62,000 nucleotides of DNA, taken from Vicugna vicugna. Taxonomy: Eukaryota. Both the position numbers and the translations under genes were made by a program. Of this stretch, positions 38,901 through 50,390 are shown one piece after another. The stretch is taken from the NCBI GenBank assembly GCA_013265495.1, contig MU057560.1:382753-444752 (forward strand), in the 5' to 3' direction. Each line of letters opens with the position of its first letter. Position 1 is the first letter of the stretch. The notes beneath the pieces were generated by a model. It was not told the origin of the DNA and searched no databases. It saw nothing but the letters and a program-made list of their open reading frames with translations.

Positions 38901-39311
38901 TCTGTCTGGAGCTGGGGACCCACATAAAAACATGTGGCCCTGACCTTCGAGGAGTTCGATAGAGACAAGAGTTGGGGGCAAACTCAACACTGCATGGTGC
39001 CTGCTCTGGAAGAAGGAAATAACTCCTCATCGGAGGACACGAGAGCAGGTTCAGCAAGGATCTGGAGGAGAATGGAAGTCCAGCAGCCCGAGAAGGTGGA
39101 GAAGGAGGCGGTCGTCCAGGGCACAGACAGGGGAGTGACCTGCGTACACGGTTTCTCCACCTGCTTCCCTGTCCCTGGCACGCCGCACGGGTTGGAGTTC
39201 TAGAGTGAGATGCCAGCATGTGAAACTGATGAGTGACTTCACATTTAAAAAAGCCTTTCTAGTTACATCTTCTTCTGATCATTTGTTTTGCTTTAAATAT
39301 GTATTAGTGTA

Positions 39312-39330
39312 TGTGTGTGTGTGTGTGTGT
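39312..39330 (+). repeat. (TG)n microsatellite followed by TA-rich low-complexity sequence
   Basis: Read directly. Confidence 0.85.
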
Positions 39331-42120
39331 ATGTAAAATATAGATTATATATATTTATAATTAAATTTTATATAGGTATAAGTCATGTACTTATAATACA
39401 TATACATATGTGTATATTTTTATATATAAAGCTTTCAGATAGATTATGACACTAATCCAATACATCTTTATTTCTTTGAAATCTATTTACACGTAATAGA
39501 AATTAGGCACACCATTATTTTCGAGGCCATCTGAGCTTCTAAGCCCTGCCCCATTGGGAGCTGTCTGAGGATCAGATAACAGCTTTCGCCCCCCTCACAC
39601 GGCAGGCTCGCCGCCCTGCTCGGCACCAGAGGTTGCCCAAGACCCAAAAGGAAGCTCACTGGAGTTCGTTAGAGTTTTTTTCTCAAGAAAAAGTTCAAAA
39701 ATTTCAGGGAGAGGGACAAGATGGATGGTCAGACACTCACCTTTTTATAGAAAAGCCATCTGGAGAAACTTGGGTCCTCGCTAAGCACTGAAGCCGAAAA
39801 TGATCTGCAGTTATAAAGCTGGGAACTGACCCCGGCCCCGCTGCCCGGAGCCGGCAGGCACAAAGAAGCCCTCTTCTGTGACTGATGCGGGGGGTGCACC
39901 CTCCTTCTGACCGTTTGGCTCTGTCCCGGTAACCAGAGCCGGCCCAATTATGCCCCTTCAAAAAGAACAGATAGCAGGAAGGTCAGGTTCAGGGAGGGGC
40001 TATAATTTTAGATGCACTTCCTGTTATGAGTCTGACTTTTGATCTCCTGTGATCACTCAGACCAGTGCACTGAAGCAAATGGTATGCGTGAGTCACTCTC
40101 TGGTGGGATCAGTCCTGAGTGTGGTCAGCCGTCTGGCTGGCTTTTTTCCCTGCTGGCTCCAGGAATTACTTACCCAGTCCACTTTGCCCTCAAGTATGTA
40201 ACTTGGGCGAAAGTTGTCAAGAGTACGTATGAAATTGAAGCAAAATTTAAGATATAACAGTAACGTTTTGTAACATCTTTCTACTCAGTCAGAGCAAAAC
40301 TGCACTTAGGTCTTAATTACCTTCAAACTTTTCATTTAGAACATGAGGAAGGAGGCCTAGACAGAGGAGAACCCTTTTCTAAATTAAATTACTAATTCAA
40401 GACGGAACCGAGACGAACACGCAGTCTGTTTGGCTTTCAAAATAAGCTCTTTGGGTATATGTCTGCTAGATCAGACTCACCCAGCGCCATGTCAGCCAGG
40501 AGGCACCCAGAGCCACTGGGATGTGCGTCACCAGGAAATGCAGGTGGGGACAGACTTCGCGAGGACTTCTGTAACAGAGCTGAAGTCTGTTGGGTGGGAC
40601 AGGCCAGTGACTTATTTCATAGTTAGATTTCATTTTCCTTTTATGTAACATTAAAGATAATAACTTAAGTGGTGGTTCCCAGGCAATGCCATCTCTTTCT
40701 GAGTCACCAGAGAATGTTTTAAAACTTCAGATTTCTACGTCCCGTCCTTGATCTTCCAATAGCAGCTTTGGGGATGAGAGCAGGCATTTCTCTCTTTCGG
40801 ATCCCACACAGTTAGAATAAGACACCCCAAGAAGCATGATTCAGCTTGCCTGTGCTATGATATTAAATCAGCCTTTCTCCAGGTTTGCTCCTGCCAGGAA
40901 TGTTTCTATAACCAACACCGAGAAGCAGAACGAAGGGTTGGGAACAGTCCTTTTCTTTGCAAAACTGACCTTGCTTCCTCAAATGTCTGAGGCTTTAAGA
41001 AGTCTTTGGTTCACTGGCATTTGTTTAGCTCAGATCCCCAAATGTACACAGCAGCCACTAACATCTAAGGGGCTAGACATCTTCAGGATATCCTGTGGAA
41101 AACCTAACGTATCAAGACAATCATTTATATTGATACAAATACAGCAACTAGTTTTAAAAAAGAATATTCTCACCAGCTAAGAACCAGTTTAGAGAACTGT
41201 AGTGAGCAGACAGACCAATGTTTTTCATCAACTAAGGACAAATTTTCTCCTAAGATGATATACCTCTTCCGTATGGTGTTAAGAGCTGAGCGCTCGCAGC
41301 CCAGCATGGCTCCCTGAGGTCTGGGCCCCTTTCCTGTAAGTTTGCACCGCCTTCTGTTTCTGGGCTGAGAGGTGCTCATGCCATTCTTCCAGAGAATTCT
41401 TTCTTTTCTCCAATAATCAGAGTTTTACAAATGAGCAGGCTCTCCAGGCACACCTGCCTCTTGGAGTCTTGCCTCCTTTCTGCAGTTTATCTCCCAGGTT
41501 TTACAAGTTTCCTCTAACTTCGATGAAAAATCAGCTTGAAATAAATACCCCAAGACGGCCACAAAGCCTTTCTGTGCAGGTTCTGAATTGGAGTCAGGCT
41601 CGAGTGCGAAGCATTTGGGGTCAGCACGGAGTGACCCGCCTCCTCTGGTTTCACTTAAGCTCAAATTTTCTCCATGGAGATAACACACACTTCTGAGATT
41701 TGGTTACTGACTTCATGAAGGAGTCTCGTTTGTCCTAATGCAATTTTTAACCTTTGAAAATGGTTTAAACTTAACTTTTCCCCCTTTATTTTTAATAACA
41801 TGTATTTACCTTAAAAGAAGTCTTTTACAAAGGAAGTTAGCACACTAAAAATCTGGTAAAAAAGTAGAAGTTCTAAATAATCAGAATCCTAAAGATTTGA
41901 TCAAAAGACCTGGTATTTAAAAGAAGAAAAAATAGAGGACTGTCATTCTGCTCTTGTAGTCACATTTGCATTTGTTCAGGGGGCCTGCAGACCCCTTGCC
42001 GTTTCTCCGTTAGTGCCCTCAGCCCACATCTCTGTGTGACATCAACCGCCGGATTTGCCCCCCAAAGCTTTTCATCCATTGCCATTAAAAACTGTAATGG
42101 AAAAATCCCCGAATAATTGA

Positions 42121-42222
42121 GCCTCTTTTTCCCTTCCTCCCTCTCCCCCTTTGTTTCCTTTCTTTCTTTTTTTTTTCTTGTTTCCTTTCTTCCTCCCTTC
42201 CTTTTTTTTTTTTTCCTTTTTT
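42121..42222 (+). repeat. Polypyrimidine (CT-rich) low-complexity tract
   Basis: Read directly; almost entirely C/T. Confidence 0.85.
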
Positions 42223-44039
42223 TAACGATCCATCAACAAAATCTGACTGCACGCTCAGTACGGGTCAGATGCAGCCCTGTGGTTAGGGACCCAGAAGGAA
42301 AGAGCCCAGCTGGGGCACTGAAAAAGGTGGCCAGTCAGTGTTACTGAGTCAGAAAACACACCGTCAGTGGCACCACTCTACGTGGTGCGAGGCCGGTGCA
42401 GGAGCGAGCCCCCGGGAGACTGCCCGCGGGGCGGGGGGCGCGTGGGAAGGCCCCGCAGCTTCACAGAGAAGCTGGTGGGAGGGTGAGGGCTACCCACAGA
42501 GGGTGCAAATGAGGAGCTCTCCCGTGGAACGGCCCAGAGACACCCAGGAGGCCCAGCGGAACTGAATCTGCCAGTGCGGCCCGAGCACAGTGGGCGTCCG
42601 TGCCTGGGGCACACGGGTGCTGGAAGCCAGCCGTCCACCCGCGGCCGGGGGCTTGGTCGGGGGCTTGGCCCTCTTCTGACAGGCGCCAAGGGGTGATGCA
42701 TTTTTAACACTGTAACACAGCGCGGATGGCCGTTATACCACAAAAAGTGAAGTCCAAATGTATAAAGATGTACGCCAGACACACATTACTCAGTTGCCAT
42801 AAACTGTATGCGCAATGCATTATAATGGCCTTAAGTCAGTGCGCAGGCACAGGTGCCACCTGTGAGCACAGAGAGACGCATTTGCCCGCAGAAGATGTGT
42901 CTCCATGTCTTCAAAATAAATTTAACCACGCTTTACTTGCACTGATTAACAGTGATCAGAAAATTAGGGACAGAATCAGTCTAAACAACATTTATTTAAA
43001 CTCTGTCTTGCTCTTCCCTTTTTACATTTTTTGGTGTGCCTTCAACCCAAAGAAATCTCTTTGAATGCTTAATGACTTTCTCACAATCTCCTTTTTTCCT
43101 GAAGAGAAAGAAAATATTTTCTTTGAAATAATTTCCTTAGAAACTTACGTGTTTCATGCCCTTAATGTTCCCTCTAGCATGTAAACTCATTTTTTTTGAG
43201 GAATTGTTTGTTTGTTTTTGTTTCTAATTAAGTGAATTTTCTGGTTCAGGGCTTTAGACAATGCCAAAAAAATGTAATTAAAATCACACTGGTCACAAGA
43301 GGAGACTTTTGGCAAAAAGTATAATTTTATTCCCTTCCTGAAAGCAGCATATTCAGCACCTCGGCCAGCCTGATTTTCCCCTAACTGGCTGAAAGGCCCA
43401 GGAGCAGTGAGCTGCTCACCTGCTTGTCTGCCTGCCAACCCTCCAGAATTCAGGGGCCTCTTCTCAAACGTTCAAAGACCGACTTCACATCGTCTAAAGC
43501 TCATTTTGAATCTGCCCGAGGGAAGCACTTTGAGGTTAATCCCGTGGCCTAAGTCCAAATGCGAGGCAAATGGAAGGCTTTTCCACAAGTCTCGCCTCGA
43601 CTCGGAATCTAGAGGTGCTCGGGGGAGCTGCCCTTGCCCTGGGGGTGGGGCTGCCCGAGCAGGTCGGGGGGTGGTGATGGGCATGTACGGGGAGGGCGGA
43701 GATGAACCTTTCTGAGGAGAAGATGGAGAAGGGGCCAGCGGGGCCTGGTTTCCTTTCACGGGTCCCGTGAGAGAAGATGTCGCAAAGTCTCATTATGTTT
43801 ATCTTGCTGAGGAACGTGATGATTAAAGCATCACCCTTGGCGAATTGCCATCGCAATGCCTCTCAGAGCAGCTGGGAACCTTGCTCAAGTTGCCAGACAA
43901 AGCTGAGAGGGGGATATGTCAGGTTTCCCTTGCTGAGAATTTCCAAGAACATAAGGAAAGGTGGATTGACCCTCATAAAAATATAGGTGAGGATGTGAGG
44001 ACAGCTTCCAAAGAAAGCTTCATGATAGTTAGCTCTTGA

Positions 44040-44187
44040 AAAGGAAGGACAGTAGGAAAGGAGAGAGGGAGAGAGGAAGGACGGAGAGAAGAAGGGAGAG
44101 AGGGAAGGAGGGAGGAAGGAAGGGAGGAGGGAGAGGGAAGAAAGGACGGAGGGAAGGAAGGGAGGAGGGAGGAAGGAAGGGAGGAGA
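44040..44187 (+). repeat. Polypurine (GGAA/GGGA)n low-complexity tract
   Basis: Read directly. Confidence 0.9.
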
Positions 44188-44499
44188 CGTTGCTTTTTGT
44201 CCTTCCGCACCTGAGGGGAGTTGGGCAGACAGGCAATCACAGAGGAAGGAGAACTGGTGAGGGGGCTGATGCATCTATTGCCTTAAGAATGTCTCTATCC
44301 CTGTCCCGCAGCGCAGTCTTACACAAATGTGGGTCAAGCCTTGATCCCCAGAAGACCGCGTTTGCTCAGAGATGGAATAAAGGCAGTATTGTCAGACCCG
44401 GCCATTCTGCTACTTTTGTTCCTCTTCAGTTTGGTCCTTCACGACACAGCTGCTGGCTGCCTCTCTAGCTTCCTTTCCCACCCCTCTCCTCACACATCA

Positions 44500-44825
44500 C
44501 AGACACACTAGCTCTTTCCCCGACCAGATGTATTCCGCAGTTGCTTGGTGCACAACGTTCACATGGACTGGATGCTCTACCCCACCCTCTTTAACTGGCC
44601 AAACTTTCACTTACAACTCAAGACTCAGCCTGCGCCCCCTCTTTCAGGAAGTCTTCCAGGTCCGTCTCCTAAGTACTTCATCACACCCTTTCTACTCTGA
44701 GTCACATCATTTATTCACCAGTCCCAAGAGCACTGTGAGCTACTTAAGGGCAAGGAACGCGTTCCCTGTCTGACCTCCACGGTCCTGGGCCCTGAGTAGG
44801 TACCCCATAACTATCTGTAATTTGG
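44500..44825 (+). mobile_element. L2 LINE 3' fragment
   Basis: ttcaggaagtcttccagg...cactgtgagctacttaagggcaaggaacgcgttccctg...gggccctgagtaggtaccccataa. Confidence 0.55.
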
Positions 44826-46110
44826 ACGTCTAAGGGACCCTTTTCAATTAAAAAGCAAAAGGCACATGGGATTTAAAGAAACAGTAAACTGCACCCTATC
44901 TAACAAATGGGTGTTAGCTGTCATGGTCCATTGGCTGAATGGAGGCTCAGCGGTTTCCTTCTGAAAGTTGACGTCGATGCGGACAGCTCTGGACGCTGGC
45001 ACCAGGATGCATGTGAATGGAGACTTGTCGCACCCACGCCCTTCACTTTATAAGGTCTTGTCTGAGACAATTTCTTAAATCCTCAGTACCCTGAAGGGTT
45101 AACCAGGGTCTTCCTTCTAGTGGACTGGCTCACTCATGGCGAGTCACTCACAAGCGGGCCGCAAAGACAGGCTGAAGTCTCGGGTCACCCGTGCAGGGCT
45201 GTGTTAAGTAAGGAAGAATTAGAATTGAACATAAATTAACCAGGTTATGACCTAGTAAAAGCTTTCCCACCGTTACGGCTCTTTGAAATTGCATTTTGCC
45301 TTGCCATGTATTTTTGAAAATCAATAAAAATTAACACTAACGCTTCTGGAATGAATAAGGGGCAGAAGGCTGCACTGCGATTGCTAGACACGGTGCCGAC
45401 TGTGCGGCTTCTGCAGTGAGCGGGGTGACCGCAGGCCTTGTAAAGGCTGCGGAGGGTGACCGCGAGCCCTGGGCTCAGCCCCCGCCAAGAACCGGCGTCG
45501 TTTTAGGCCTTCCTCCAACAGCATCACAAGCAACAGCGAGGTCTCTGAAAACCATTCTTGGTTTGGGCCGGGTTGATGTTAAAAGAAGAGGAGATCTCTA
45601 TTTAGCAGGGACTTAGTTTTACGTGCTTTGAGAAATGTTGTAGAAATGAGACTTAAAGGAAGCAGTTTTGATGGCTGTCTGGAGTGCCATTTATTGAGGG
45701 ACCAGGAGGCCAAATCCCCTCCCCGTGCTGGAACGGGCAGCCGCGTTCTCCTCCCCGCTCTGCGGTGCGTCGGAAGGCCCGGCGGTCCTGAGGGTGGGGA
45801 GGACGCTGCGGGGCAGAGGGCACCCTCCTTGCAGGACATGCCACTTTTGACTCTCGGAGGAAAATTGAAAAGGGAGAGGCGTTCTGCTGCTCTAGTGACC
45901 CAGCGGAATCGGGCAGCACACAGAGTGGGTGTGATTTTCTGTCTCACATCCTCCCGTCTTTTTCGCCAGACCGCCAGGGTCCAAGTGCAAGGCTCCTGCT
46001 CCAGTCCGCCACGTGGAGCCAGGTGTGTCCTTGTAGATCCCACAGGATTTTATTTACACCTGTTTGTTAAGACTTTTCACAGACTTGCCACAGCCTCCTG
46101 TCAAACCACC

Positions 46111-46380
46111 ATGACACTCACAATACGCACGTCTGTTCCATCCACGGCCGCCACCTTTCCCGTCCCTGGAATGACCGAGCCCAGAGGGGGCCCAGACATT
46201 GAAGACATCACGTCTGGATGTGTTTTTCATCTGATCGTTTTGCATGTTGAATACGTGTGGGAAATTATACGCACACGAGCCGAGCGTTGGCCTGGCCAGT
46301 TGGATCTGACTGAATATGCAGACACCTACAAGAAAAGGTCACAATTTATGGAGAACTGGCTGAGAACAGCTCTCATCTGA
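46111..46380 (+). CDS. Hypothetical 89-aa small ORF (unverified)
   Basis: First ATG after the acceptor at 45969, in ACCACCATG context. Part of the longest ORF in the window. No homology recognised. Confidence 0.15.
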   Translation: MTLTIRTSVPSTAATFPVPGMTEPRGGPDIEDITSGCVFHLIVLHVEYVWEIIRTRAERWPGQLDLTEYADTYKKRSQFMENWLRTALI

Positions 46381-49300
46381 GGTGCAGTCTCTGTACAAGA
46401 CTCCACTCTTTGGCTCCTGGGTAAGTTCTCATCTCTCTAGTGAGACTGCCAAGGGCTGCTTTGCACACTTGCCTCCCAAATGCAGAACTGAAGATGCAAA
46501 GAGCTTCCAATGCCAGTTATGCTTTGTCACTGCTAAGAATAAATCTCAGCCTTGTGGGTAAATTTGACACTGACCTGTGAATAGAAGTCACGGGCATCTT
46601 CATTAGTAATTTTAATTTTGCATGAATATATCAGACATAAAACAGTAATTGTACATCAATATACACACATACACACACACACGTACTATTGTATGTGTGC
46701 ACATTTATAAATGGCTTTAAAATAATAAAATAATAAATAAGTAAATAACAAATAAATAATAAATAATAATTTAAAAAACAATTATCTGTGTCCAAACCTT
46801 AAATGTATTGTATTTAAAATATGACATTTATCTTTGAAGCCCCCAGTACGCCCCTTCCCAGTCGTGTGTTTATTCCCATTTGAAGTGATCCATAGTCTGT
46901 GTTATATAATTCCTTCAGTATTTCCAAATTATATGTGTATGTACGGATCCCTATTCTGAATGCATGTAATTGAAACAATCCCTCCTTCAAATTTTTAGAG
47001 AAAAAAAACCTGACTGCATGTGATCTTCAAAGACATGCATTTTTCTCTCAATGCTAATATTTTGAAAGTCACCCGTGTTTATATGTATAGCTGTAACTGA
47101 TTCATTTTGAAGTTATTTTATAGCGAAGTTACACAAATATACAATAATCCAATTAATATTTGATGACCTTGGATAACTCCTCCTTGCAGACAGGAAATTT
47201 CCTATGCGCCTGCCCGGAGCACGGGGACAAGCCTTTCTCTTGGTCCATATTTAGGAGTGGGCTTGTTTCCATGTGTTTGGCAACTTGATTTCTTTAGTAG
47301 AAACATGAGCCTAATAACTTTACTAGAAGATTTTATAAAGATAAATACAACATTTATCTCATTGCCTAGAATACGTTAAGGGGCTGACAGATAGTCATTT
47401 TCTTTCTCCTTTGACAGAATCTGCGAAAGTTCATATCTTAGAAGACATTAAGCATAAAGCTACCATACACAATGCTTACAAAGGAGGTAACTGGAATCAG
47501 AAAGCACAGAGAAAAATCAGGGGTGCGAATAAGTAATGGGCTGGTTGTCTGGACAATGAGACGATGTTCTCATGGAGGCCCTGCCTTGGAAACCAGGCTG
47601 GGCTGTGTCTAAACTGTGAAGATTTCATTGGCCTACAGAGACCAGTGAGGGGTTTCTCTGTGGTCCTCGCTCTGGTGTTTATTCACTCCCTAGGGCAGAA
47701 GATCCTCCAAATTCAATGAAACTTCATCTTCTTAGATAGGAAACAGATCTGAAAAAAAAAATAGCCAAAGAGAATGCATCAAACAAAGAAGTTTTAAAAA
47801 GAAAGAACAAAAGAAGCAAGCCAAAGAGAGCAGAGGGCCTGAGACGTGGAGACTCACAGAAGACCAGCTCCGCGGGACAGTCGCCTCGGCTCCTCAGCCC
47901 CAGGGCTGAGGCTCAGGTGCGCCTTTGGCTCCAGCTACGAACCACAGTGAGGGTCTCCTGCTGAGGGTCTTCAGCCAGGAATGGGGCCATGAGTTTGCTT
48001 GGAGGTTAGGTGGCCTGGCCCAGGAATCTGTCATGTCATGACCGTTTGTCACTAAACCACAGGGGCTTTAAACCAGGTGGGAGTGGTAGGTACACAGTTT
48101 ATCAAAAGAGAGGCTATTGCTTTAAATAAATTAAATGATAACATTGATAGATAGATAGAAAGATTAGAATACACCCCAACATCTATATGTGACCTAGTGT
48201 CTCAACAGAAGGGAGAAGGTTACTGAGGGCAACAGAACAGACCTTGGATTACTAGCAGTTTCCAGCTGGAGATGTGTTAGCTGGGATGGTCACGGCTGAA
48301 AGCCAGAAGTCCCACACACTGATCACTTACTCTGTGCTGGAAACTATGTGCATTGTTTCAAGCAAGCTGCATGAAACCCTATAAGAAAATCAACTCTTCC
48401 CGTTGTACAGGTGAGTGAACTGAGGTGAGGAAACTCATAAGAGAACTCCAGCAAGCTCACAGTTTGGAAAGTGAGAGAACCACAGTTTCCACACAATGTG
48501 GACTTCATTCCAGACCACACTGACTCAGCGGCTAGTCTGAGAAGGCCAGGGCACCCGATGGACAAAGGAGAGGAGGCTCTCAGGCCAAGCAGGGGTACAG
48601 AGCGGGCTCAGGGTAGAGACAGGGAGTAGGACAGGCTTTGGAACGAGACTAAAGAAGGGCAAACGATAGCGGGAAATCGAGAACCCGAGGCCTGCTAGGA
48701 GCAGGAGCTGACTTCTTCCTAAAATTCAGGGGTGAGGGCAAAGGGGGCCTCTGAACCTGACATAAAACCTCGCCCTGCCAAGGGCTCTGCCACTCTAGCC
48801 AAAACCACAGGGAACCCCAGGAACTTTCTGTTTGCCTCCTGTGTCCCCAGCTGATCTGAATGTCAGCCTGCGAGGCTCAGCTCTCGTTAGTATAAAGATG
48901 CAGAAATTAAATACATCCAAAGTGCATTTCTGCTCCTGCCACATCCTTCTTCTCCCATTACCTTAGGTGGAACCATAATGTTTCAAACAGGACAAACCCA
49001 AGTAATTCTCTTCATTTGTCCTTTAGAGAAGCCTTATGCAAGCAGCAGAGCTCAGCTTCTCTGCACGTCAGCTGCTCCAAAGGCTTGAGGGCAACCACTG
49101 AAGTCGAAAAATGTCACAAAAACACTCCCCTGATGCAAGAATTCCAAGTTGCAATGAAAGAATCTTTGAATCATGTACTTATATCTTGCGTTTTGTTAAT
49201 TTATTATTTACATTAAACATGCTTTGATTGAGCACTTGTTATTTTTTAAAAATGTGTGTTAATGCAGTTTCTAGGTTTCCAAATAGAACAAAACAGGACA

Positions 49301-49889
49301 AAATAACATCAGAAATTATAATATTCTCTCATGAAGTAGAGAGAGAAAAGACTCAAAGTTACACAGTCATATTGAAGGAGAGCAAATGTAAGAGTATATT
49401 TTATAATATGACAAAGGCACACAGTGAAAATGACGTCGTGAGGTACAGATAAACTGTCACATGGGTTTAGAGACAGAGATTGTGTCCCCTGGGAGAAGGA
49501 CAGAAAGAGCCTCTGGGGAGTTGGGAACAACACTGTGTTGCCAATAAGGACTTTGGATTCATTTGTGAGATAAGAATTATTTTGGAAGATTTTGATCGGA
49601 ATAGTGTCCGTGAGTTACTAGGCAGTGGAGCCCAAAGTAGAGGAAAATGAATTGTTTGCCTGCCCCTCTGAGATGTAGATCCTATGAGCAGTTTCTCTTC
49701 TTAGCGAATATTATCACCTAAGATGTAAATATTTTGTACATCTACAATTAAAAGGTAAACTTTATGAGAACAAAGACTTTGCTTTCCATTATCCCATCCC
49801 TAGAACAATGCTTAGCCCACAGCAGGCAACTGTGATAAATATTTACTATTTGCCAACAGTCAATTAGACAGAAACTTTACACACTCTTT

Positions 49890-50030
49890 TTAACACCTGT
49901 ATAAACTTTCTGGGTTCTGATTCTTGTCTCCATTTTATAGATGAAGAAACTGAGGGTCAGTGAGTTTACATAAATGTGCCAAAGAATCTGGCCACATCTG
50001 AGTAGGTGACGATGTGCACTTGGAGATGGA
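49890..50030 (-). mobile_element. MIR SINE
   Basis: ctccattttatagatgaagaaactgagggtcagtgagtttacataaatgtgccaaag. Confidence 0.7.
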
Positions 50031-50283
50031 GATTTGGCAGAAGGTAGCTTGGCTCTCTGGCAGTGAGAAGGGGGATGGGTTCCAACTGAACTCAGAGGTT
50101 TTGTAGATGAGAAGGGCCCCGCACCCTTGGGGTGTCAGCAACAGAGAGGCAATGGATACACACAAGTCCAAGGCAGCGGCTCTTAAACCTGTTTCCGTGA
50201 GGTTTGCCAGGGCGCCCATGCTGGGGAGGGGCTTTTCTAAAATCCTCATGCCTTCCATTAAAATATAATAGCAATAGTAAAGA

Positions 50284-50390
50284 GGGGAGGGTGTAGCTCA
50301 GTGATAGGGTGCGTGCTCAGCACGCACGAGGCCCTGGGTTCAATCCCCAGTACTTCCATTTAAATAAAAAAAAATTTAAAAATTTTTAAA
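50284..50390 (+). mobile_element. Camelid tRNA-derived SINE (Vic-1-like), short form
   Basis: ggggagggtgtagctcagtgatagggtgcgtgctcagcacgcacgaggccctgggttcaatccccagtacttcca plus an A-rich tail. A and B boxes are intact. Confidence 0.88.

Noticed and set aside
38934..39203. 89-aa ORF with protein-like composition
   Set aside because: GTG start, no recognisable family, and the nucleotide sequence resembles a decayed reverse-oriented L2 end.
43863..44274. Several ORFs over the GA-rich tract
   Set aside because: Artefacts of a simple repeat.
50284..50358. Apparent tRNA genes (also at 19191 and 26430-26506)
   Set aside because: They have A and B boxes but run into A-rich tails and differ among copies, so they are tRNA-derived SINEs.
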